Origin: Verrucomicrobiia bacterium
Lineage (GTDB): Bacteria; Verrucomicrobiota; Verrucomicrobiia; Limisphaerales; UBA1319
NCBI GenBank assembly: GCA_963664225.1
Contig: OY760937.1
Coordinates: 3,936,001 to 4,000,000, forward strand
Reading direction: 5' to 3'
DNA length: 64,000 bases
Shown here piece by piece: positions 1 through 13,341 of the stretch (positions are counted from its first letter, which is position 1; the number at the start of each line of letters is the position of its first letter). The notes beneath the pieces were generated by a model. That model had not been told where the DNA came from, ran no database searches, and was given only the letters and a program-made list of their open reading frames with translations. The translations under genes and the position numbers were made by a program.

Positions 1-2728
1 GGTTGCGGCGACGAAGTATTTGTTGCGCCTGAAAAAGGGCGAGGGTTCGCTGGACGATATCGATCATTTGGGCAGTCGGCGCGTGCGCACGGTGGGCGAG
101 TTGCTGGCCAATCAGTGCCGCGTGGGTCTGGCCCGCACGGAGCGTCTGGTGAAGGAGCGCATGACCTTGTTCGATCAGGGCATGGACTCGATGACGCCGC
201 AAAAGTTGATTAATCCGAAGGCGTTGTCGGCGGTGATCCGGGATTTCTTCGGGCGCAGCCAGCTTTCGCAGTTCATGGATCAGATCAATCCGCTGGCCGA
301 ATTGACTCATAAGCGGCGTTTGTCCGCACTTGGGCCTGGCGGGTTGTCACGGGATCGGGCCGGATTTGAGGTGCGCGATGTGCATCCTTCGCATTACGGA
401 CGCATTTGTCCGATTGAGACGCCTGAAGGACCTAACATTGGTTTGATCGCGTCTCTGGCGACGTTTGCGCGGGTGAATTCTTTTGGATTTATCGAGACTC
501 CGTACCGGAAGGTGGATAAGGGCCGGGTGATGCAAACGGTGGAGTATCTGACGGCGGACCGGGAGGAGCCGTTCACGATCGCGCAGGCGAATGCGGCGAT
601 TGACGACAAGGGGCATTTTCTGACGGAGAAGGTGACTTGTCGTTTCAAGGGGGACTTTGTCGATGTGGAGCCGGCCCGGGTGGATTACATGGATGTATCG
701 CCCAAGCAGTTGGTGTCTGTGGCGGCGGGTTTGATTCCATTTCTGGAGCATGACGACGCGAATCGCGCGTTGATGGGTTCCAACATGCAACGCCAGGCGG
801 TGCCTTTGCTGGTGACGGAAGCGCCTTTGGTGGCGACCGGCCTGGAGGAGCGGGTGGCGAAGGATTCCTGCGCGGTGATCGTGTCGGAGGAAGGGGGCAA
901 AGTGGCCTCGGTAACGGCGGACAGGGTTATTGTGACTGCGGATGGGAAGGTTCCCGAGTCCAAGAAGAAGATCAAGCATGATCCTGCGGCGGGTGTTTAC
1001 GTGTATGGTTTGCGCAAGTTCATGCGATCCAATGCGGCGACATGCATCAATCAAAAGGCGCAGGTGGCCCGCGGGGAGACGATCAAGAAGGGGCATGTGA
1101 TTGCGGATGGTCCCTGCACGAGTGGCGGGGAGCTGGCCTTGGGACGCAACATTCTGTGCGCGTTCATGCCATGGAACGGGTATAATTTCGAGGACGCCAT
1201 TTTGATCAGCGAGCGCATTGTCAAGGACGATGTGTTCACGTCGATTCACATCGATGAGTTCGAGGTGGGCGCCCGGGACACGAAGCTGGGGCCGGAGGAA
1301 ATCACGCGGGACATACCCAATCTGGGTGAGGAGGCGTTGAAGAATCTGGGGTCGGACGGGGTGATCCGCATCGGAGCGGAGGTCAAGCCGGGGGACATTC
1401 TGGTGGGCAAGATCACGCCCAAGAGCGAGACGGAACTGGCGCCTGAAGAGCGGTTGTTGCGGGCCATTTTCGGGGAAAAGGCGGCGGACGTGAAGGATAC
1501 TTCGTTAAAGGTTCCCTCGGGCACCTACGGTATCGTCATGGATGTCAAGGTTTCGTCGAAGAAAGAGGTGGAACGCACGGCGAAGGTGGTGGTGGCGCCG
1601 GACGCCAAGAAGCACAGCAAGCAGGTGCTCGAAGAGTTCAAGGGGAAGATGGATGAACTGCGCGAGCAATTGACGGACGCGCTGAGCAATATTTTGCTGG
1701 GTGAGAAGATTCCGCTGGATGTGGTGAATTCCGAGACGGGCGAGATCATCATTCCCGCGAATCGGAAGATCACGAAGACCCTGTTGCGCAAGTTGGCGGT
1801 GGTTTACGATCGCATCGAGATCGATCCTTCGCCGATTCGCAACAAGATCAACGAGATCATCGGGGCGTATAAGAAGAAATTCGACGATTTGCAGATGCAG
1901 CACGACGAGGAGATCGACCGGATCGAGTCGGGAGACGATGTGGATCCGGGGATCATCAAGTCGGTGAAGGTGTATATCGCCTCGAAGCGCAAGCTTTCGG
2001 TGGGTGACAAGATGGCGGGACGGCACGGTAACAAGGGTGTCGTGGCCAAGATTGTGGCCGAAGAGGACATGCCATTCCTGGCGGATGGAACGGCGATGGA
2101 CATTGTGCTGAATCCGTTGGGCGTGCCATCGCGCATGAATGTGGGGCAGGTGTTGGAGACGCACTTGGGCTGGGCGGCGCGGTTGCTGGGATTGCGCTTT
2201 GCGACGCCGGTGTTCGACGGCATCAAAGAGAAGGACATCCGCGGTTTCCTGAAGCAGGCGAATCTGCCGGAGCATGCGAAGATCAAGCTTTTCGACGGGC
2301 GCACCGGCGAGTCATTCAACCAGGAAGTGGTGGTTGGGTACATTTACATGATGAAGCTGGGCCATTTGGTGGCGGACAAGATTCATGCCCGTGCCGTGGG
2401 GCCGTATTCGCTGGTGACACAGCAGCCGTTGGGCGGCAAGGCTCAATACGGCGGCCAGCGCTTCGGCGAAATGGAAGTGTGGGCGATGGAGGCTTATGGA
2501 GCCGCTTACACGTTGCAGGAATTGCTGACTGTCAAGTCCGACGATGTGCAGGGCCGCACGCGCATTTACGAGAGCATTGTCAAGGGCGACAACTCGCTGG
2601 AGGCCGGGGTGCCCGAGTCCTTCAACGTGCTGGTCAAGGAAATGCAGTCGCTGGGTCTGGATGTGAAGGTCGGATACACCAACCCGCAGGATCAGCCGGC
2701 GCAGGCCGCGACTCTGGCAGCGATATAA
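1..2728 (+). CDS. rpoB: RNA polymerase beta subunit (5'-truncated by window edge)
   Basis: Motifs [28 protein letters not shown]. Confidence 0.99.
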   Translation, partial: VAATKYLLRLKKGEGSLDDIDHLGSRRVRTVGELLANQCRVGLARTERLVKERMTLFDQGMDSMTPQKLINPKALSAVIRDFFGRSQLSQFMDQINPLAELTHKRRLSALGPGGLSRDRAGFEVRDVHPSHYGRICPIETPEGPNIGLIASLATFARVNSFGFIETPYRKVDKGRVMQTVEYLTADREEPFTIAQANAAIDDKGHFLTEKVTCRFKGDFVDVEPARVDYMDVSPKQLVSVAAGLIPFLEHDDANRALMGSNMQRQAVPLLVTEAPLVATGLEERVAKDSCAVIVSEEGGKVASVTADRVIVTADGKVPESKKKIKHDPAAGVYVYGLRKFMRSNAATCINQKAQVARGETIKKGHVIADGPCTSGGELALGRNILCAFMPWNGYNFEDAILISERIVKDDVFTSIHIDEFEVGARDTKLGPEEITRDIPNLGEEALKNLGSDGVIRIGAEVKPGDILVGKITPKSETELAPEERLLRAIFGEKAADVKDTSLKVPSGTYGIVMDVKVSSKKEVERTAKVVVAPDAKKHSKQVLEEFKGKMDELREQLTDALSNILLGEKIPLDVVNSETGEIIIPANRKITKTLLRKLAVVYDRIEIDPSPIRNKINEIIGAYKKKFDDLQMQHDEEIDRIESGDDVDPGIIKSVKVYIASKRKLSVGDKMAGRHGNKGVVAKIVAEEDMPFLADGTAMDIVLNPLGVPSRMNVGQVLETHLGWAARLLGLRFATPVFDGIKEKDIRGFLKQANLPEHAKIKLFDGRTGESFNQEVVVGYIYMMKLGHLVADKIHARAVGPYSLVTQQPLGGKAQYGGQRFGEMEVWAMEAYGAAYTLQELLTVKSDDVQGRTRIYESIVKGDNSLEAGVPESFNVLVKEMQSLGLDVKVGYTNPQDQPAQAATLAAI

Positions 2729-2771
2729 TCCGGCAGCAATTTTGAATCCCTGATAGACGTTGGAAAATGTT

Positions 2772-5700
2772 ATGATTAACGCCAAAGAAAACGCCCGTGA
2801 GATGCTGGGTTTGGAAAAGGTCAACCAGGTGGATCATGTGTCCATCGCGGTGGCTTCTCCAGAGACCATCCGGTCCTGGTCCAAAGGCGAGGTTAAGAAT
2901 CCTGAGACGATCAATTACCGCACGTTCAAGCCGGAAAAGGGTGGGTTGTTCTGTGAGCGGATTTTCGGTCCTGTCAAAGATTGGGAGTGTTCCTGCGGGA
3001 AGTATAAACGGATCAAGCATCGCGGGGTGGTTTGCGATCGTTGCGGCGTGGAGGTGACACTTTCGCGGGTGCGGCGGGAGCGGATGGGGCATATCGAGCT
3101 GGCGGTGCCGGTGTCGCACATCTGGTTTTTCAAGTGCATGCCGTCCCGTCTGGGGTTGGTGCTGGACATGACGGCGCGGGATCTGGAGCGGGTGATTTAT
3201 TACGAGGATTATCTCGTGATCGATCCGGGCAGCACGCCTTTGAAGCAGCATCAGCTTTTGAGCGAGGTGGAGTATCGGGAAGCGCGCGAGACTTACGGCG
3301 CCGAGGCGTTTGTGGCGAAGATGGGCGCCGAGGGGGTGCGTGACGCGCTGGCCAAGGTGGTTTTGCCGAGCCAGGTCGATGCGTTGCAGATTGCAATGAC
3401 GGAGACCAAGAGCAAGCAAATCCGCAAGAAGCTGGCCAAGCGGATCAAGATTGTCCAGGGCTTCATGATTTCCAAGAGCCGGCCGGAGTGGATGATTCTG
3501 ACGGTGCTGCCGGTGATTCCGCCGGATTTGCGTCCGCTGGTTCCGCTGGAAGGCGGACGGTTTGCGACGTCGGATTTGAATGATCTTTATCGCCGGGTGA
3601 TTAATCGTAATAACCGGTTGAGGAATCTTTTGCAGCTCAAGACGCCGGAGGTGATCATTCGCAATGAGAAGCGGATGTTGCAGGAGGCGGTGGATGCGTT
3701 GCTGGACAATGGCCGCCACGGGCGCGCTGTGACGGGCGCGGGCAATCGTCCCCTGAAATCGTTGAGCGACATGCTCAAGGGCAAGAGCGGACGTTTCCGT
3801 CAGAATTTGCTGGGCAAGCGCGTGGATTATTCGGGTCGTTCGGTCATCGTGATCGGGCCGGAGCTCAAGCTCAGCCAGTGCGGTCTGCCCAAGAAGATGG
3901 CGTTGGTGCTTTTTGAGCCGTTCATCATCCGCCGGCTCAAGGAATTGGGCTATGTGCATACGGTGCGCTCGGCCAAGAAGATGATCGAGCGGCAGTCCGC
4001 AGAGGTGTGGGATGTGCTGGAGGAAGTGACGAAGGGGCATCCGGTGATGCTGAACCGCGCGCCGACGCTGCATCGTTTGTCGATTCAGGCGTTCGAGCCG
4101 GTGCTCATCGAGGGCGAGGCGATCCGCATTCATCCGCTGGTCTGCACGGCTTATAACGCGGATTTCGACGGCGATCAGATGGCGGTGCATGTGCCGTTGT
4201 CGGTGGAGGCGCAGATGGAGGCGCGTCTGTTGATGATGGCGCCGAACAATATTTTCAGTCCTTCGAGCGGCAAGCCGATCATGACGCCGACGCAGGATAT
4301 CACGCTGGGCTGTTATTACATGACGGCCAATCCGCGCGAGGTGGCGTATCCAACGGGGAAGTCGAAGATGCGGCTGTTTGGCAACAAGTTCGAGGCGATG
4401 TTTGCCCTTGCGGACGGCGCGGTGGGGATGCACGAGCGGGTGTTGCTGGCGAATCCCGATTTGGGGACGAAGACGGTGTATGGGGATTCTGAGAAGAAGG
4501 TGATCGAGACGACGGTGGGCCGGGTGATGTTCAGCGAAATCTGGCCGCCGGAGCTGGGTTTTCCGAACAAGCAGGTGGGCAAACCCCAGATTGGGGAGTT
4601 GATCTGGACTTGTTACAAGGTCTGCGGGCACGAGAAGACGGTGATCATGCTCGACAAGCTCAAGGAGTTGGGCTTCAGCGAGGCGACTCGCGCGGGGGTG
4701 TCGATCGGCATCGACGACATGATTATTCCGAAGGAAAAGGGGCACGAGATCGAGGCGGCTCAGAAGCAGATCAACGAGGTCGAGAAGCAATACCGCAAGG
4801 GTATCATCACGACGGTTGAGCGTTACAACAAGATCATCGACATCTGGACGCATTGCACCGACCAGATCGCCAATGTCATGCTCAAGACCCTGGAGCAGAA
4901 TCAGGGCAAGAAGGAGTATAATCCTTTGTGGCTGATGGTGGACTCGGGAGCGCGCGGTAATCGGCAGCAGGTGCGCCAGCTGGCCGGTATTCGCGGTTTG
5001 ATGGCCAAGCCTTCCGGCGACATTATCGAGAAGCCGATTCTGGCGAATTTCCGCGAGGGTCTGACGGTGCTGGAGTATTTCAGTTCGACGCACGGCGCGC
5101 GCAAAGGTCTGGCGGATACGGCGCTCAAGACTGCGGATTCGGGTTACATGACGCGCAAGCTGGTGGATGTGGCCCAGGATGTGATCATCCGGGAGATGGA
5201 TTGCGGCACGTTCAACGGGGTCTGGGTGCAGGCGATTTTCGAGGGCGAGGACGAGGTGGTCAAACTCCACGAGCGGCTGGTGGGCCGCGTTTCCTGCGAT
5301 GACATTGTGGATCCGCGGGATGTGAAGAAGACTCTTGTCAAATCGAACGAGATCATCGATGAGGTGATTGCCAAGGAAATCGAGAGGTCGGGTGTCGAGA
5401 AGGTGAAGATTCGTTCGGTGCTGACCTGCGAGAGCAAGCGCGGGGTGTGCGTGTCCTGTTACGGGCGCAATCTGGCGACGGGCGACATGGTCAAGCTGGG
5501 CGAGGCGGTGGGCATTGTGGCGGCCCAGTCGATTGGCGAGCCGGGCACGCAGTTGACGATGCGCACATTCCACATCGGTGGAACGGCGTCGCAGGTGTTC
5601 AAGCAGCCGCAGATCAAGGCCAAGCACGACGGGAAGATTCGTTTCAACGATTTGCGTCTGGTGGAACTGGAGGACGGCAACAATATTGTTTTGAACAAGA

Positions 5701-6920
5701 ACGGCTCGATCAGCGTTGTGGCGGATGATGGCCGTGAACTCGAGGCGCACACGGTGGTGATTGGCGCGGTCATCACGGCTGCGAACGGGAGCATGATCAA
5801 GAAGGGCGACATGTTCGTGCAGTGGGATCCGTACAACGTTCCGATTCTTTCTGAAAAAGCCGGGCGTGTGCAGTTCCAGGACATCATCGAGGGTGTGACG
5901 ATGAAGCAGGAGCTGGATGTGACTACGAGCCAGGAGGCCATGGTCATCATCGAGCACAAGGAGGATTTGCATCCGCAGGTGAACATTCTGGACGAGCAGG
6001 GCGATCAGATTGCCGGTTTCCCGATTCCGTCGGGCGCGCACATTGTGGTGTCCGAAGGGGTGAAGGTGATTGCGGGAACGCTCCTGGCGAAGACTCCGCG
6101 CAAGACTTCGAAGACCAAGGACATTACGGGCGGTTTGCCTCGCGTGGCGGAGTTGTTTGAGGCGCGGCGTCCCAAGGATGCGGCGGAGATCTCGAAGATC
6201 GACGGTCTGGTGGATTTTGGTCCGACGGTGCGCGGCAAGCGCAGCATTCTGATCAAGGATCCGAAGACCAATTTCGAGGAGGAGCACCTGGTGCCGATCG
6301 GCAAGCACGTGATTGTCTATAAGGGCGATTTTGTGAAGAAAGGCCAGCAGCTTACGGAAGGTCCGGTTGTGCCTCATGAGATTTTGGATGTCTGCGGCCC
6401 GCAAGAGTTGCAGGAACATCTGGTCAACGAGGTTCAAGAGGTTTATCGTCTGCAAGGTGTAACGATTAACGACAAGCACATTGAGATCATTGTGCGGCAG
6501 ATGTTGCGCAAGGTGCGGATCACGGAGCCTGGGGATACGTTATTTTTGTGGGGCGAGCAGGTGGACAAGATCGCCTTTGAGAATGAGAACCAGCGTGTGG
6601 ACAAGATGGGTGGCAAGCCTGCTGAGGCGCAACCCGTGCTGCTGGGCATCACCAAGGCTTCTCTGGAGACGGATAGTTTCCTGAGCGCGGCATCGTTCCA
6701 GGACACCACGCGTGTGCTGACTGAGGCTGCGACGATGGGACGGGTGGATATTCTGCGTGGTTTCAAGGAGAATGTGATCATGGGTCACATTATTCCTGCG
6801 GGAAGCGGATTTAATATTCACCGGGATTTGAAATTGAACGCTCTTGTGGAAGCTCCTGAAGAAGAGGAAGTTACAGAAGAGGCTGCAGCGGATTCTGGTT
6901 TGGAACCGCTGTTGGGTTGA
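2772..6920 (+). CDS. rpoC: RNA polymerase beta' subunit (ATG 2772; alternative TTG 2760)
   Basis: NADFDGD catalytic motif, N-terminal Zn-finger cysteines. Confidence 0.99.
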   Translation: MINAKENAREMLGLEKVNQVDHVSIAVASPETIRSWSKGEVKNPETINYRTFKPEKGGLFCERIFGPVKDWECSCGKYKRIKHRGVVCDRCGVEVTLSRVRRERMGHIELAVPVSHIWFFKCMPSRLGLVLDMTARDLERVIYYEDYLVIDPGSTPLKQHQLLSEVEYREARETYGAEAFVAKMGAEGVRDALAKVVLPSQVDALQIAMTETKSKQIRKKLAKRIKIVQGFMISKSRPEWMILTVLPVIPPDLRPLVPLEGGRFATSDLNDLYRRVINRNNRLRNLLQLKTPEVIIRNEKRMLQEAVDALLDNGRHGRAVTGAGNRPLKSLSDMLKGKSGRFRQNLLGKRVDYSGRSVIVIGPELKLSQCGLPKKMALVLFEPFIIRRLKELGYVHTVRSAKKMIERQSAEVWDVLEEVTKGHPVMLNRAPTLHRLSIQAFEPVLIEGEAIRIHPLVCTAYNADFDGDQMAVHVPLSVEAQMEARLLMMAPNNIFSPSSGKPIMTPTQDITLGCYYMTANPREVAYPTGKSKMRLFGNKFEAMFALADGAVGMHERVLLANPDLGTKTVYGDSEKKVIETTVGRVMFSEIWPPELGFPNKQVGKPQIGELIWTCYKVCGHEKTVIMLDKLKELGFSEATRAGVSIGIDDMIIPKEKGHEIEAAQKQINEVEKQYRKGIITTVERYNKIIDIWTHCTDQIANVMLKTLEQNQGKKEYNPLWLMVDSGARGNRQQVRQLAGIRGLMAKPSGDIIEKPILANFREGLTVLEYFSSTHGARKGLADTALKTADSGYMTRKLVDVAQDVIIREMDCGTFNGVWVQAIFEGEDEVVKLHERLVGRVSCDDIVDPRDVKKTLVKSNEIIDEVIAKEIERSGVEKVKIRSVLTCESKRGVCVSCYGRNLATGDMVKLGEAVGIVAAQSIGEPGTQLTMRTFHIGGTASQVFKQPQIKAKHDGKIRFNDLRLVELEDGNNIVLNKNGSISVVADDGRELEAHTVVIGAVITAANGSMIKKGDMFVQWDPYNVPILSEKAGRVQFQDIIEGVTMKQELDVTTSQEAMVIIEHKEDLHPQVNILDEQGDQIAGFPIPSGAHIVVSEGVKVIAGTLLAKTPRKTSKTKDITGGLPRVAELFEARRPKDAAEISKIDGLVDFGPTVRGKRSILIKDPKTNFEEEHLVPIGKHVIVYKGDFVKKGQQLTEGPVVPHEILDVCGPQELQEHLVNEVQEVYRLQGVTINDKHIEIIVRQMLRKVRITEPGDTLFLWGEQVDKIAFENENQRVDKMGGKPAEAQPVLLGITKASLETDSFLSAASFQDTTRVLTEAATMGRVDILRGFKENVIMGHIIPAGSGFNIHRDLKLNALVEAPEEEEVTEEAAADSGLEPLLG

Positions 6921-6949
6921 AAAAAAGTATAAAATAATGCAATTATTAG

Positions 6950-6977
6950 TTGCAGCGGAAGGTTGGGTTGGTAATAT
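6950..6977 (+). promoter_or_regulatory. Putative sigma70 promoter for the str operon
   Basis: TTGCAG-16 bp-TAATAT with TGn extension and AT-rich upstream tract. Confidence 0.55.
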
Positions 6978-7029
6978 CCCCACTCCGTTTCCCAAAAAAC
7001 AGGGAAAACTTTAAATTGGATACAGAGAA

Positions 7030-7431
7030 ATGCCGACTATAAATCAACTCGTCCGTTTCGGACGCAGTAAATTGCGTGTCAAATCCAAGGCTCCGGCCCT
7101 GGAGAATGCGCCGTTCCGTCGCGGGGTATGTCTGCAGGTGATGACCCGCACGCCCAAGAAGCCGAATTCGGCCATGCGAAAAGTGGCCAAGGTGCGTTTG
7201 TCCAACGGATTCGAGGTGATCGCGTATATCCCGGACGAGGGGCACAATTTGCAGGAGCACTCGATTGTGCTGGTGCGGGGCGGTCGCGTAAAGGATTTGC
7301 CGGGTGTCCGTTATCATATTGTGCGGGGCACACTGGATGCGACCGGAGTGGAGAAGCGCCGTGTGAGTCGTTCCAAGTATGGTGTCAAGCGGCCCAAGGC
7401 GGGCGCGAAGGCGGCGGTCAAAGCGGCCTAA
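7030..7431 (+). CDS. rpsL: 30S ribosomal protein S12
   Basis: [17 protein letters not shown]. Confidence 0.99.
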   Translation: MPTINQLVRFGRSKLRVKSKAPALENAPFRRGVCLQVMTRTPKKPNSAMRKVAKVRLSNGFEVIAYIPDEGHNLQEHSIVLVRGGRVKDLPGVRYHIVRGTLDATGVEKRRVSRSKYGVKRPKAGAKAAVKAA

Positions 7432-7468
7432 TGTAATTTAACCCAAAGCCTGATAATCTGAATCATTT

Positions 7469-7942
7469 ATGTCTCGTCGTCGTCGTGCGGTAAAAAGACC
7501 GATTGTTGAGGATGCAAAGTTTCACAGTGTTCTGGTGACCCGATTGGTCAATACTGTGATGAAGTGGGGTCAAAAGAGTGTGGCTCAGCGCATTGTTTAC
7601 GATGCCTTGGATCAGATTCTGACCAAGAGCCAGGTTGCGGATCCTCTGGAAGTGTTTCAACGGGCGGTCGATAACGCCAAGCCGCGTCTGGAAGTCAAGG
7701 CGCGTCGCGTGGGCGGGGCCACTTATCAGGTGCCTTTGGAAGTTTCCGTGGAGCGGCAAACCTCTCTGGCATTGCGCTGGATTGTGGATCTGGCGAATGC
7801 GCGCAAGGGGACGCCGATGAAAGAGGCGCTGGCTGTGGAGATCATGGAAGCGGCCCAGGGCAGTGGCAATGCGATTCGCAAACGCGATGAGGTGCATAAG
7901 ATGGCGCAGGCGAACAAAGCTTTTGCGCATTTTCGTTGGTAA
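7469..7942 (+). CDS. rpsG: 30S ribosomal protein S7
   Basis: RRVGGATYQVP, MAQANKAFAHFRW. Confidence 0.99.
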   Translation: MSRRRRAVKRPIVEDAKFHSVLVTRLVNTVMKWGQKSVAQRIVYDALDQILTKSQVADPLEVFQRAVDNAKPRLEVKARRVGGATYQVPLEVSVERQTSLALRWIVDLANARKGTPMKEALAVEIMEAAQGSGNAIRKRDEVHKMAQANKAFAHFRW

Positions 7943-7957
7943 AAATTTTGACGGAAT

Positions 7958-7994
7958 ACGCCCCGTGGTTGGTTGGATGATGGGGCGTTTTTTT
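7958..7994 (+). terminator. Intrinsic terminator-like hairpin between rpsG and fusA
   Basis: ACGCCCCGT...ATGGGGCGT stem followed by T-run. Confidence 0.55.
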
Positions 7995-8007
7995 GTCTGT
8001 GAATAGA

Positions 8008-10263
8008 ATGGAAGTTTTAGTGGACATCGCAGGAACAAATAAACCGAACGTTACGGAAGGACAGCAGGCCAAGGCCGGCGTGTCTAAAAGCACCAAGGCG
8101 GAAGCCAAGAAGGCGGCCAGCGGTTCGGGGCGCCAGTACGAGTTGTGCAATACGCGTAATATCGGCATTGCCGCGCACATCGATGCGGGCAAGACGACGA
8201 CGACGGAGCGCATCCTGTTCTATACGGGTCTGACTCATCGGATGGGGGACGTGGACGATGGCAACACGGTGACGGACTGGATGGAGCAGGAGCGCGAGCG
8301 TGGCATCACGATCACTTCCGCAGCCATCAGTTGTTATTGGACCCAGAAGGAAGAGGGTCTTAACAAGCTGTTCACGGGGATTGCGCATCGGGTGAACATT
8401 ATCGACACTCCAGGGCATGTGGATTTCACGGCCGAGGTGGAGCGTTCGATGCGTGTTTTGGATGGCGCGGTGGCGGTGTTCTGCGGGGTGGCGGGTGTGC
8501 AGCCGCAGTCGGAGACGGTATGGCGGCAGGCAACCAAGTATGGGGTTCCGCGCATTGCGTTTGTGAATAAGATGGACCGCACGGGCGCCAATTTTGAGAA
8601 TGCGGTTTTGGAGATGCGCAAGAAGCTTGGGGCTTATGCTTATCCGGTGTCGATTCCGATCGGCAAGGAGGATTATTTGACGGGTGTCATCGATCTGATC
8701 AGTCAGAAGGCCATCATCTATGATGAAAAGGATGAGATGGGTCTTAAGTATGATGTGACGGAGATTCCGGAGGAGTTGAAGGAGCAGGCGAAGACGGCTT
8801 TGAAGGAGTTGATCGACGCGGTTGCCAACAAGGATGACGCGGTTGCCGAGTTGGTGATCGAGGACAAGCCGGTGAGTATCGATTTGTTGAAGAATACGAT
8901 TCGGCGGTTGACCTGCGCCAATGAATTTATTCCGGTTATCGGCGGTTCGGCCTTTAAAAAGCGCGGTGTCCAGCCTTTGGTGGATGCGGTGATCGATTAT
9001 TTGCCTTCGCCGCTTGACATCCCTCCGGCCAAGGGTCAGGATGCGAACGATCAGACTCAAACAGTGGAGATTCTGCCTGACGACAGCAAGCCGTTTTGTT
9101 CGCTGGCCTTCAAGCTCTGGAGTGATCCTTTTGTTGGTAAGTTGGTATTTTTCCGGGTTTATTCGGGAAAGATCACGAAGGGCGACATGATTTATAATCC
9201 GCGCACGCACAAGCGTGAGCGGGTGAGCCGGGTGTTGATGATCCAGGCGGATAAGCGGGTGGATATGGATACGGTGTTTGCCGGTGAGATTGCGGCGCTG
9301 GTCGGTTTGCGCAATATCACGACGGGGGACACTTTGTGCGATGAGGATCACGCGGTGTTGCTGGAGCCGCCGACGTTCCCGGATCCGGTGATTTCGATGG
9401 CTGTGGAGCCCAAGACGCACGCGGACCGGGACAAATTGTCGGTCGGTTTGCAGCGTCTGGCGGAAGAAGATCCGACGTTCCGTTGCTACACGAACGAGGA
9501 AACCGGGCAATTGATTATTGCGGGAATGGGCGAGTTGCATCTGGAAATCATTCGGGACCGTTTGTTCCGTGAGTTCAAGGTGGAGGCGAATTCGGGCGCA
9601 CCGCAGATTGCCTATCGTGAAACGATCACGAAGGCGGCCGAGGGTGTTGGCAAGTTCATTCGTCAATCGGGTGGCCGGGGTCAGTATGGTCATGCGGTGG
9701 TCACGATTGAGCCCAACGAGCGGGGCAAGGGAATTGTGGTTGAGAACAAGATCGTGGGCGGTGCGATTCCAAAGGAATACATCCCGGCGGTCATCAATGG
9801 TGTCGAGGAAGCGATTTCGGGCGGTGTGCTGGCGGGTTTCCCGCTGGTGGATGTGAAGGTGCAGATCATCGATGGTACTTTCCACGAAGTGGATTCGAAT
9901 GAGCTGGCGTTCAAGATGGCGGGTATTTTCGCCTTCAAGGATGCGGCGAAGAAGGCTGGTCTGGTGTTGTTGGAACCGATCATGAAGGTGGAGGTGACGA
10001 CGCCGGACGAGTATCAGGGCGATTTGCTTGGGGATTTGAACCGCCGTCGCGGTCGCATTAATGCGATTGAGGCGAAGAATCAGGCGACGGTGCTCAATGC
10101 GCATGTGCCGCTGGCGGAGTTGTTCGGATATGCAACGATCATTCGTTCGCTGTCCAAGGGACGCGCGGGGTATTCGATGGAGCCATCGCATTTTGAACAG
10201 GTGCCGAGTCAGATTTTGACTGCGATTCTGGACTCGAACAAGCCCAAGGCGGCGCGCACGTAA
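8008..10263 (+). CDS. fusA: Elongation factor G (start uncertain; N-terminal extension)
   Basis: [21 protein letters not shown]; follows rpsG. Confidence 0.98.
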   Translation: MEVLVDIAGTNKPNVTEGQQAKAGVSKSTKAEAKKAASGSGRQYELCNTRNIGIAAHIDAGKTTTTERILFYTGLTHRMGDVDDGNTVTDWMEQERERGITITSAAISCYWTQKEEGLNKLFTGIAHRVNIIDTPGHVDFTAEVERSMRVLDGAVAVFCGVAGVQPQSETVWRQATKYGVPRIAFVNKMDRTGANFENAVLEMRKKLGAYAYPVSIPIGKEDYLTGVIDLISQKAIIYDEKDEMGLKYDVTEIPEELKEQAKTALKELIDAVANKDDAVAELVIEDKPVSIDLLKNTIRRLTCANEFIPVIGGSAFKKRGVQPLVDAVIDYLPSPLDIPPAKGQDANDQTQTVEILPDDSKPFCSLAFKLWSDPFVGKLVFFRVYSGKITKGDMIYNPRTHKRERVSRVLMIQADKRVDMDTVFAGEIAALVGLRNITTGDTLCDEDHAVLLEPPTFPDPVISMAVEPKTHADRDKLSVGLQRLAEEDPTFRCYTNEETGQLIIAGMGELHLEIIRDRLFREFKVEANSGAPQIAYRETITKAAEGVGKFIRQSGGRGQYGHAVVTIEPNERGKGIVVENKIVGGAIPKEYIPAVINGVEEAISGGVLAGFPLVDVKVQIIDGTFHEVDSNELAFKMAGIFAFKDAAKKAGLVLLEPIMKVEVTTPDEYQGDLLGDLNRRRGRINAIEAKNQATVLNAHVPLAELFGYATIIRSLSKGRAGYSMEPSHFEQVPSQILTAILDSNKPKAART

Positions 10264-10291
10264 TCGAAAAAAATTGACGGTTATTTAAGTT

Positions 10292-10600
10292 ATGGCTGGA
10301 CAAACTATTAGAATTCGTCTTAAAGCTTTTGATCATCGGGTGATCGATCAATCTGCCAGGGAGATTGTGGAAACGGTGAAACGCACCGGGGCGCGGGTGG
10401 CCGGGCCAATCCCGCTGCCAACCCGGATCGAACAGTTTACGGTGCTGCGTTCGCCGCATGCGGACAAGAAGTCGCAGGAGACTTTTGAGCAGCGGACGCA
10501 CAAGCGGCTGCTGGACATCATTGATCCGACGGCCAAGACTGTGGACGAACTGAAGAAGTTGAATCTGCCTGCGGGCGTGGATATTACCATTAAGATTTAG
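10292..10600 (+). CDS. rpsJ: 30S ribosomal protein S10
   Basis: [21 protein letters not shown]. Confidence 0.99.
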   Translation: MAGQTIRIRLKAFDHRVIDQSAREIVETVKRTGARVAGPIPLPTRIEQFTVLRSPHADKKSQETFEQRTHKRLLDIIDPTAKTVDELKKLNLPAGVDITIKI

Positions 10601-10605
10601 TTGTT

Positions 10606-11250
10606 ATGATCGGACTGCTCGGAAAAAAAATTGGCCAGACGCGCGTCTATGACGGCAAGGGAAACGTGGTGCCTGTGACGGTTGTGCTGGCGGGGCCCAA
10701 CCGGGTCATCCAGTGCAAGACGCTGGAGCGCGACGGGTATAACGCGGTGCAACTGGGTTTCGATGACCAGAAGGAGCAGCGCTTGACGAAGCCTGCGCTG
10801 GGTCATTTCAAGAAGTTCGGCGCGCTGCCGGTGAAACGTGTGAAGGAGTTCCGCGATTTCTCGATTGCGGTCAAACCCGGCGACGTGGTGAATGTGAATG
10901 TGTTTGCCGTGGGCGACATGGTCGATGCGATCGGGGTGACCAAGGGGCGGGGTTTCGAGGGTGTGATGGCGCGTCATGGGTTTCGCGGTGGTGACGCTTC
11001 GCACGGGTCGAAGGGCTGGCGCCGGCGCGCGGGAGCCATTGGCCAGCGCTCGTTTCCCGGAACGGTGCTGCGCGGCAAGCGGATGCCAGGGCATATGGGG
11101 CAGGTGCAGCGGACGACACAGAATTTGGAAATTGTGCAGGTGCGCGAAGCGGATCAGGTTTTGCTGGTCAAGGGCGCCATTCCCGGAGCCAAGGGCGATT
11201 ATGTTTTGATCCGGGAGTCCAAGAAGAACCCGAAGGTGGCGGCGAAGTAA
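10606..11250 (+). CDS. rplC: 50S ribosomal protein L3
   Basis: GKKIGQT, DGYNAVQLG, MPGHMG. Confidence 0.99.
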   Translation: MIGLLGKKIGQTRVYDGKGNVVPVTVVLAGPNRVIQCKTLERDGYNAVQLGFDDQKEQRLTKPALGHFKKFGALPVKRVKEFRDFSIAVKPGDVVNVNVFAVGDMVDAIGVTKGRGFEGVMARHGFRGGDASHGSKGWRRRAGAIGQRSFPGTVLRGKRMPGHMGQVQRTTQNLEIVQVREADQVLLVKGAIPGAKGDYVLIRESKKNPKVAAK

Positions 11251-11271
11251 CAGCGGAGGAATCAAGCGCAC

Positions 11272-11898
11272 ATGAAGCTGACAATTAAAGATATACAAGG
11301 CACCACTCAGGGCGAACTGGAGATCAAGTTCCCGGTGGTGGAGGATGGCAGCGGCACGCAGGCGGTCCACCAGGCGGTGGTGGCGCAGCGGGCGGCTGGC
11401 CGGAGCGGGACGGCTTGCACCAAGACGATGGGTGAGGTGGCGGGTTCGGGCAAGAAGCCCTGGAGGCAGAAGGGGACTGGACGCGCACGCGCCGGTTCTT
11501 TCGCCTCGCCATTGTGGCGTGGGGGCGGTGTGGTTTTCGGACCCAAGCCGAGGAGCTATCGCCAGAAGATTGGCAAGACGGTTCGCCAGGTGGCTTTACG
11601 GAAGGCCTTGAGCGAGCGGATCAAGTCGGGGGATGTGACGGTTCTGAAGGATTGGACGATGCCGACTCCCAAAACGAAGGAATTTACCAAAGTGCTGGCG
11701 GCTCTGGATGTTCAGGGCACGGTGCTGTTTGTGGTGCCCGCTTTGGAGCGCAATCTGGCGTTGGCGGCCCGGAATCTTCCGGGGGTGGAGTTCATCACCG
11801 CGAGTACGTTGAACACTTATGAGATGCTGCGGTTCGACAGGATTATTATTACTGAGGGCGCGTTTGCCCAGGTCGAAGAGCGGCTGGCCAAAGCCTAA
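11272..11898 (+). CDS. rplD: 50S ribosomal protein L4
   Basis: KPWRQKGTGRARAG. Confidence 0.99.
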   Translation: MKLTIKDIQGTTQGELEIKFPVVEDGSGTQAVHQAVVAQRAAGRSGTACTKTMGEVAGSGKKPWRQKGTGRARAGSFASPLWRGGGVVFGPKPRSYRQKIGKTVRQVALRKALSERIKSGDVTVLKDWTMPTPKTKEFTKVLAALDVQGTVLFVVPALERNLALAARNLPGVEFITASTLNTYEMLRFDRIIITEGAFAQVEERLAKA

Positions 11899-11904
11899 AA
11901 CGCC

Positions 11905-12186
11905 ATGAATGCATTTGACATCATCAAAACCGTGCGTGTGTCCGAGAAGGGCACGTTGCAGGGTGAGAAATATAACCAATACACGCTGATTGCCGATCGG
12001 CGGGCCTCGAAAACCCAGATCCGGCAGGCTGTGCAGGAGCTGTTCAAAGTCAAGGTGCTCGAGGTGAACACCATGAATGTGGGCGGCAAGGCGCGGCGGC
12101 GTTCCACCCGGCAGGCGGGGCAGACTTCCGATTGGAAGAAGGCCATTGTAACGCTGAAGGACGGGGATAAAATCAGTCTGACCTAA
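11905..12186 (+). CDS. rplW: 50S ribosomal protein L23
   Basis: SEK, WKKAIVTL; operon position. Confidence 0.98.
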   Translation: MNAFDIIKTVRVSEKGTLQGEKYNQYTLIADRRASKTQIRQAVQELFKVKVLEVNTMNVGGKARRRSTRQAGQTSDWKKAIVTLKDGDKISLT

Positions 12187-12199
12187 GCTTTTCATTGAT

Positions 12200-13045
12200 A
12201 TGCCAGTCAAGATATTTCGTCCATTAACTCCGTCCACGCGCTATATAACAATGGCGTCGTTCGACGAGATCACCAAGTCGAAGCCGGAGAAGAAGCTGGT
12301 TCAGACTCGCAAGAAAACCGGCGGGCGCAACTGTTACGGCCGGGTGACCAGCCGGGGACACGGTGGCGGCCACAAGCAGAAGATCCGCACGGTGGATTTC
12401 AAGCGGCACAATCACGGGGTTGAGGCCAAGGTGATCGCTGTCGAATATGATCCGCTGCGCACGGCGCGGCTGGCGCTTCTGGAGTATCCGGATGGTGTGA
12501 GGACTTACATTCTCGCGCCGGTGGGTCTGCAGGTGGGTGCCAAGGTGATGAGCGGTCCTGGAGCGGCTCCCGAGGTGGGGAATAGCATTCCGCTCAAGTC
12601 GGTTCCGGTGGGGATGCCGATTCATAATTTGGAGCTGACGGCGGGTCGCGGGGCGCAGATGGTGCGTTCGGCGGGCGCGGCAGCCAGTTTGATGTCCCGC
12701 GAGGGCGGGTATGCGATGATTCGGCTGCCTTCGGGGGAGATCCGGAAGATCAGCGAGAATTGTTACGCCACCATCGGGCAGGTGGGCAATGTCGAGCATG
12801 AGAAGGTGGTGCTGGGCAAGGCGGGCCGGTCACGGCACCGCGGCATTCATCCGCTTTCGCGCGCGGTCGCCAAGAATCCCGTGGATCATCCGATGGGTGG
12901 CGGCGCGGGCAAGACCTCCGGCGGAGGTCATCCAGTCACGCCTTGGGGTGTGATTACCAAGGGTTATAAGACGCGCAGACACAACAGATATTCAGACCGC
13001 TCGATCGTGGTGCGCCGCAACGGCCAGCCAATGAAAGTGAAATAG
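12200..13045 (+). CDS. rplB: 50S ribosomal protein L2
   Basis: [14 protein letters not shown]. Confidence 0.99.
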   Translation: MPVKIFRPLTPSTRYITMASFDEITKSKPEKKLVQTRKKTGGRNCYGRVTSRGHGGGHKQKIRTVDFKRHNHGVEAKVIAVEYDPLRTARLALLEYPDGVRTYILAPVGLQVGAKVMSGPGAAPEVGNSIPLKSVPVGMPIHNLELTAGRGAQMVRSAGAAASLMSREGGYAMIRLPSGEIRKISENCYATIGQVGNVEHEKVVLGKAGRSRHRGIHPLSRAVAKNPVDHPMGGGAGKTSGGGHPVTPWGVITKGYKTRRHNRYSDRSIVVRRNGQPMKVK

Positions 13046-13049
13046 ACTT

Positions 13050-13331
13050 ATGGGACGCTCCATTAAAAAAGGGCCATTTGTAGATGGTTACCTGTTGGAA
13101 AAGATTACGAAGTTGAACGCGGTGGGCGCGAAGAAGCCGATCAAGACCTGGTCGCGGCGCTCGACGATCACCCCGGATTTTGTGGGGCACACGTTCAACG
13201 TGCATAATGGGAAGAATTTTCTGCCGGTGTTTGTGACGGAAAACATGGTGGGCCACCGGTTGGGCGAGTTCGCGCTGACGCGGACGTTTAAGAAACACGG
13301 CGCGCACACCGCCAAAGCCGAGGCGAAGTAG
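13050..13331 (+). CDS. rpsS: 30S ribosomal protein S19
   Basis: [18 protein letters not shown]. Confidence 0.99.
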   Translation: MGRSIKKGPFVDGYLLEKITKLNAVGAKKPIKTWSRRSTITPDFVGHTFNVHNGKNFLPVFVTENMVGHRLGEFALTRTFKKHGAHTAKAEAK

Positions 13332-13341
13332 GATAATTTTT

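Noticed and set aside
2634..6479. 1281-aa antisense ORF, and similar long ORFs opposite rpoB, fusA, secY and prfB
   Set aside because: Shadow frames produced by GC-rich codon bias of the real genes; no recognisable motifs.
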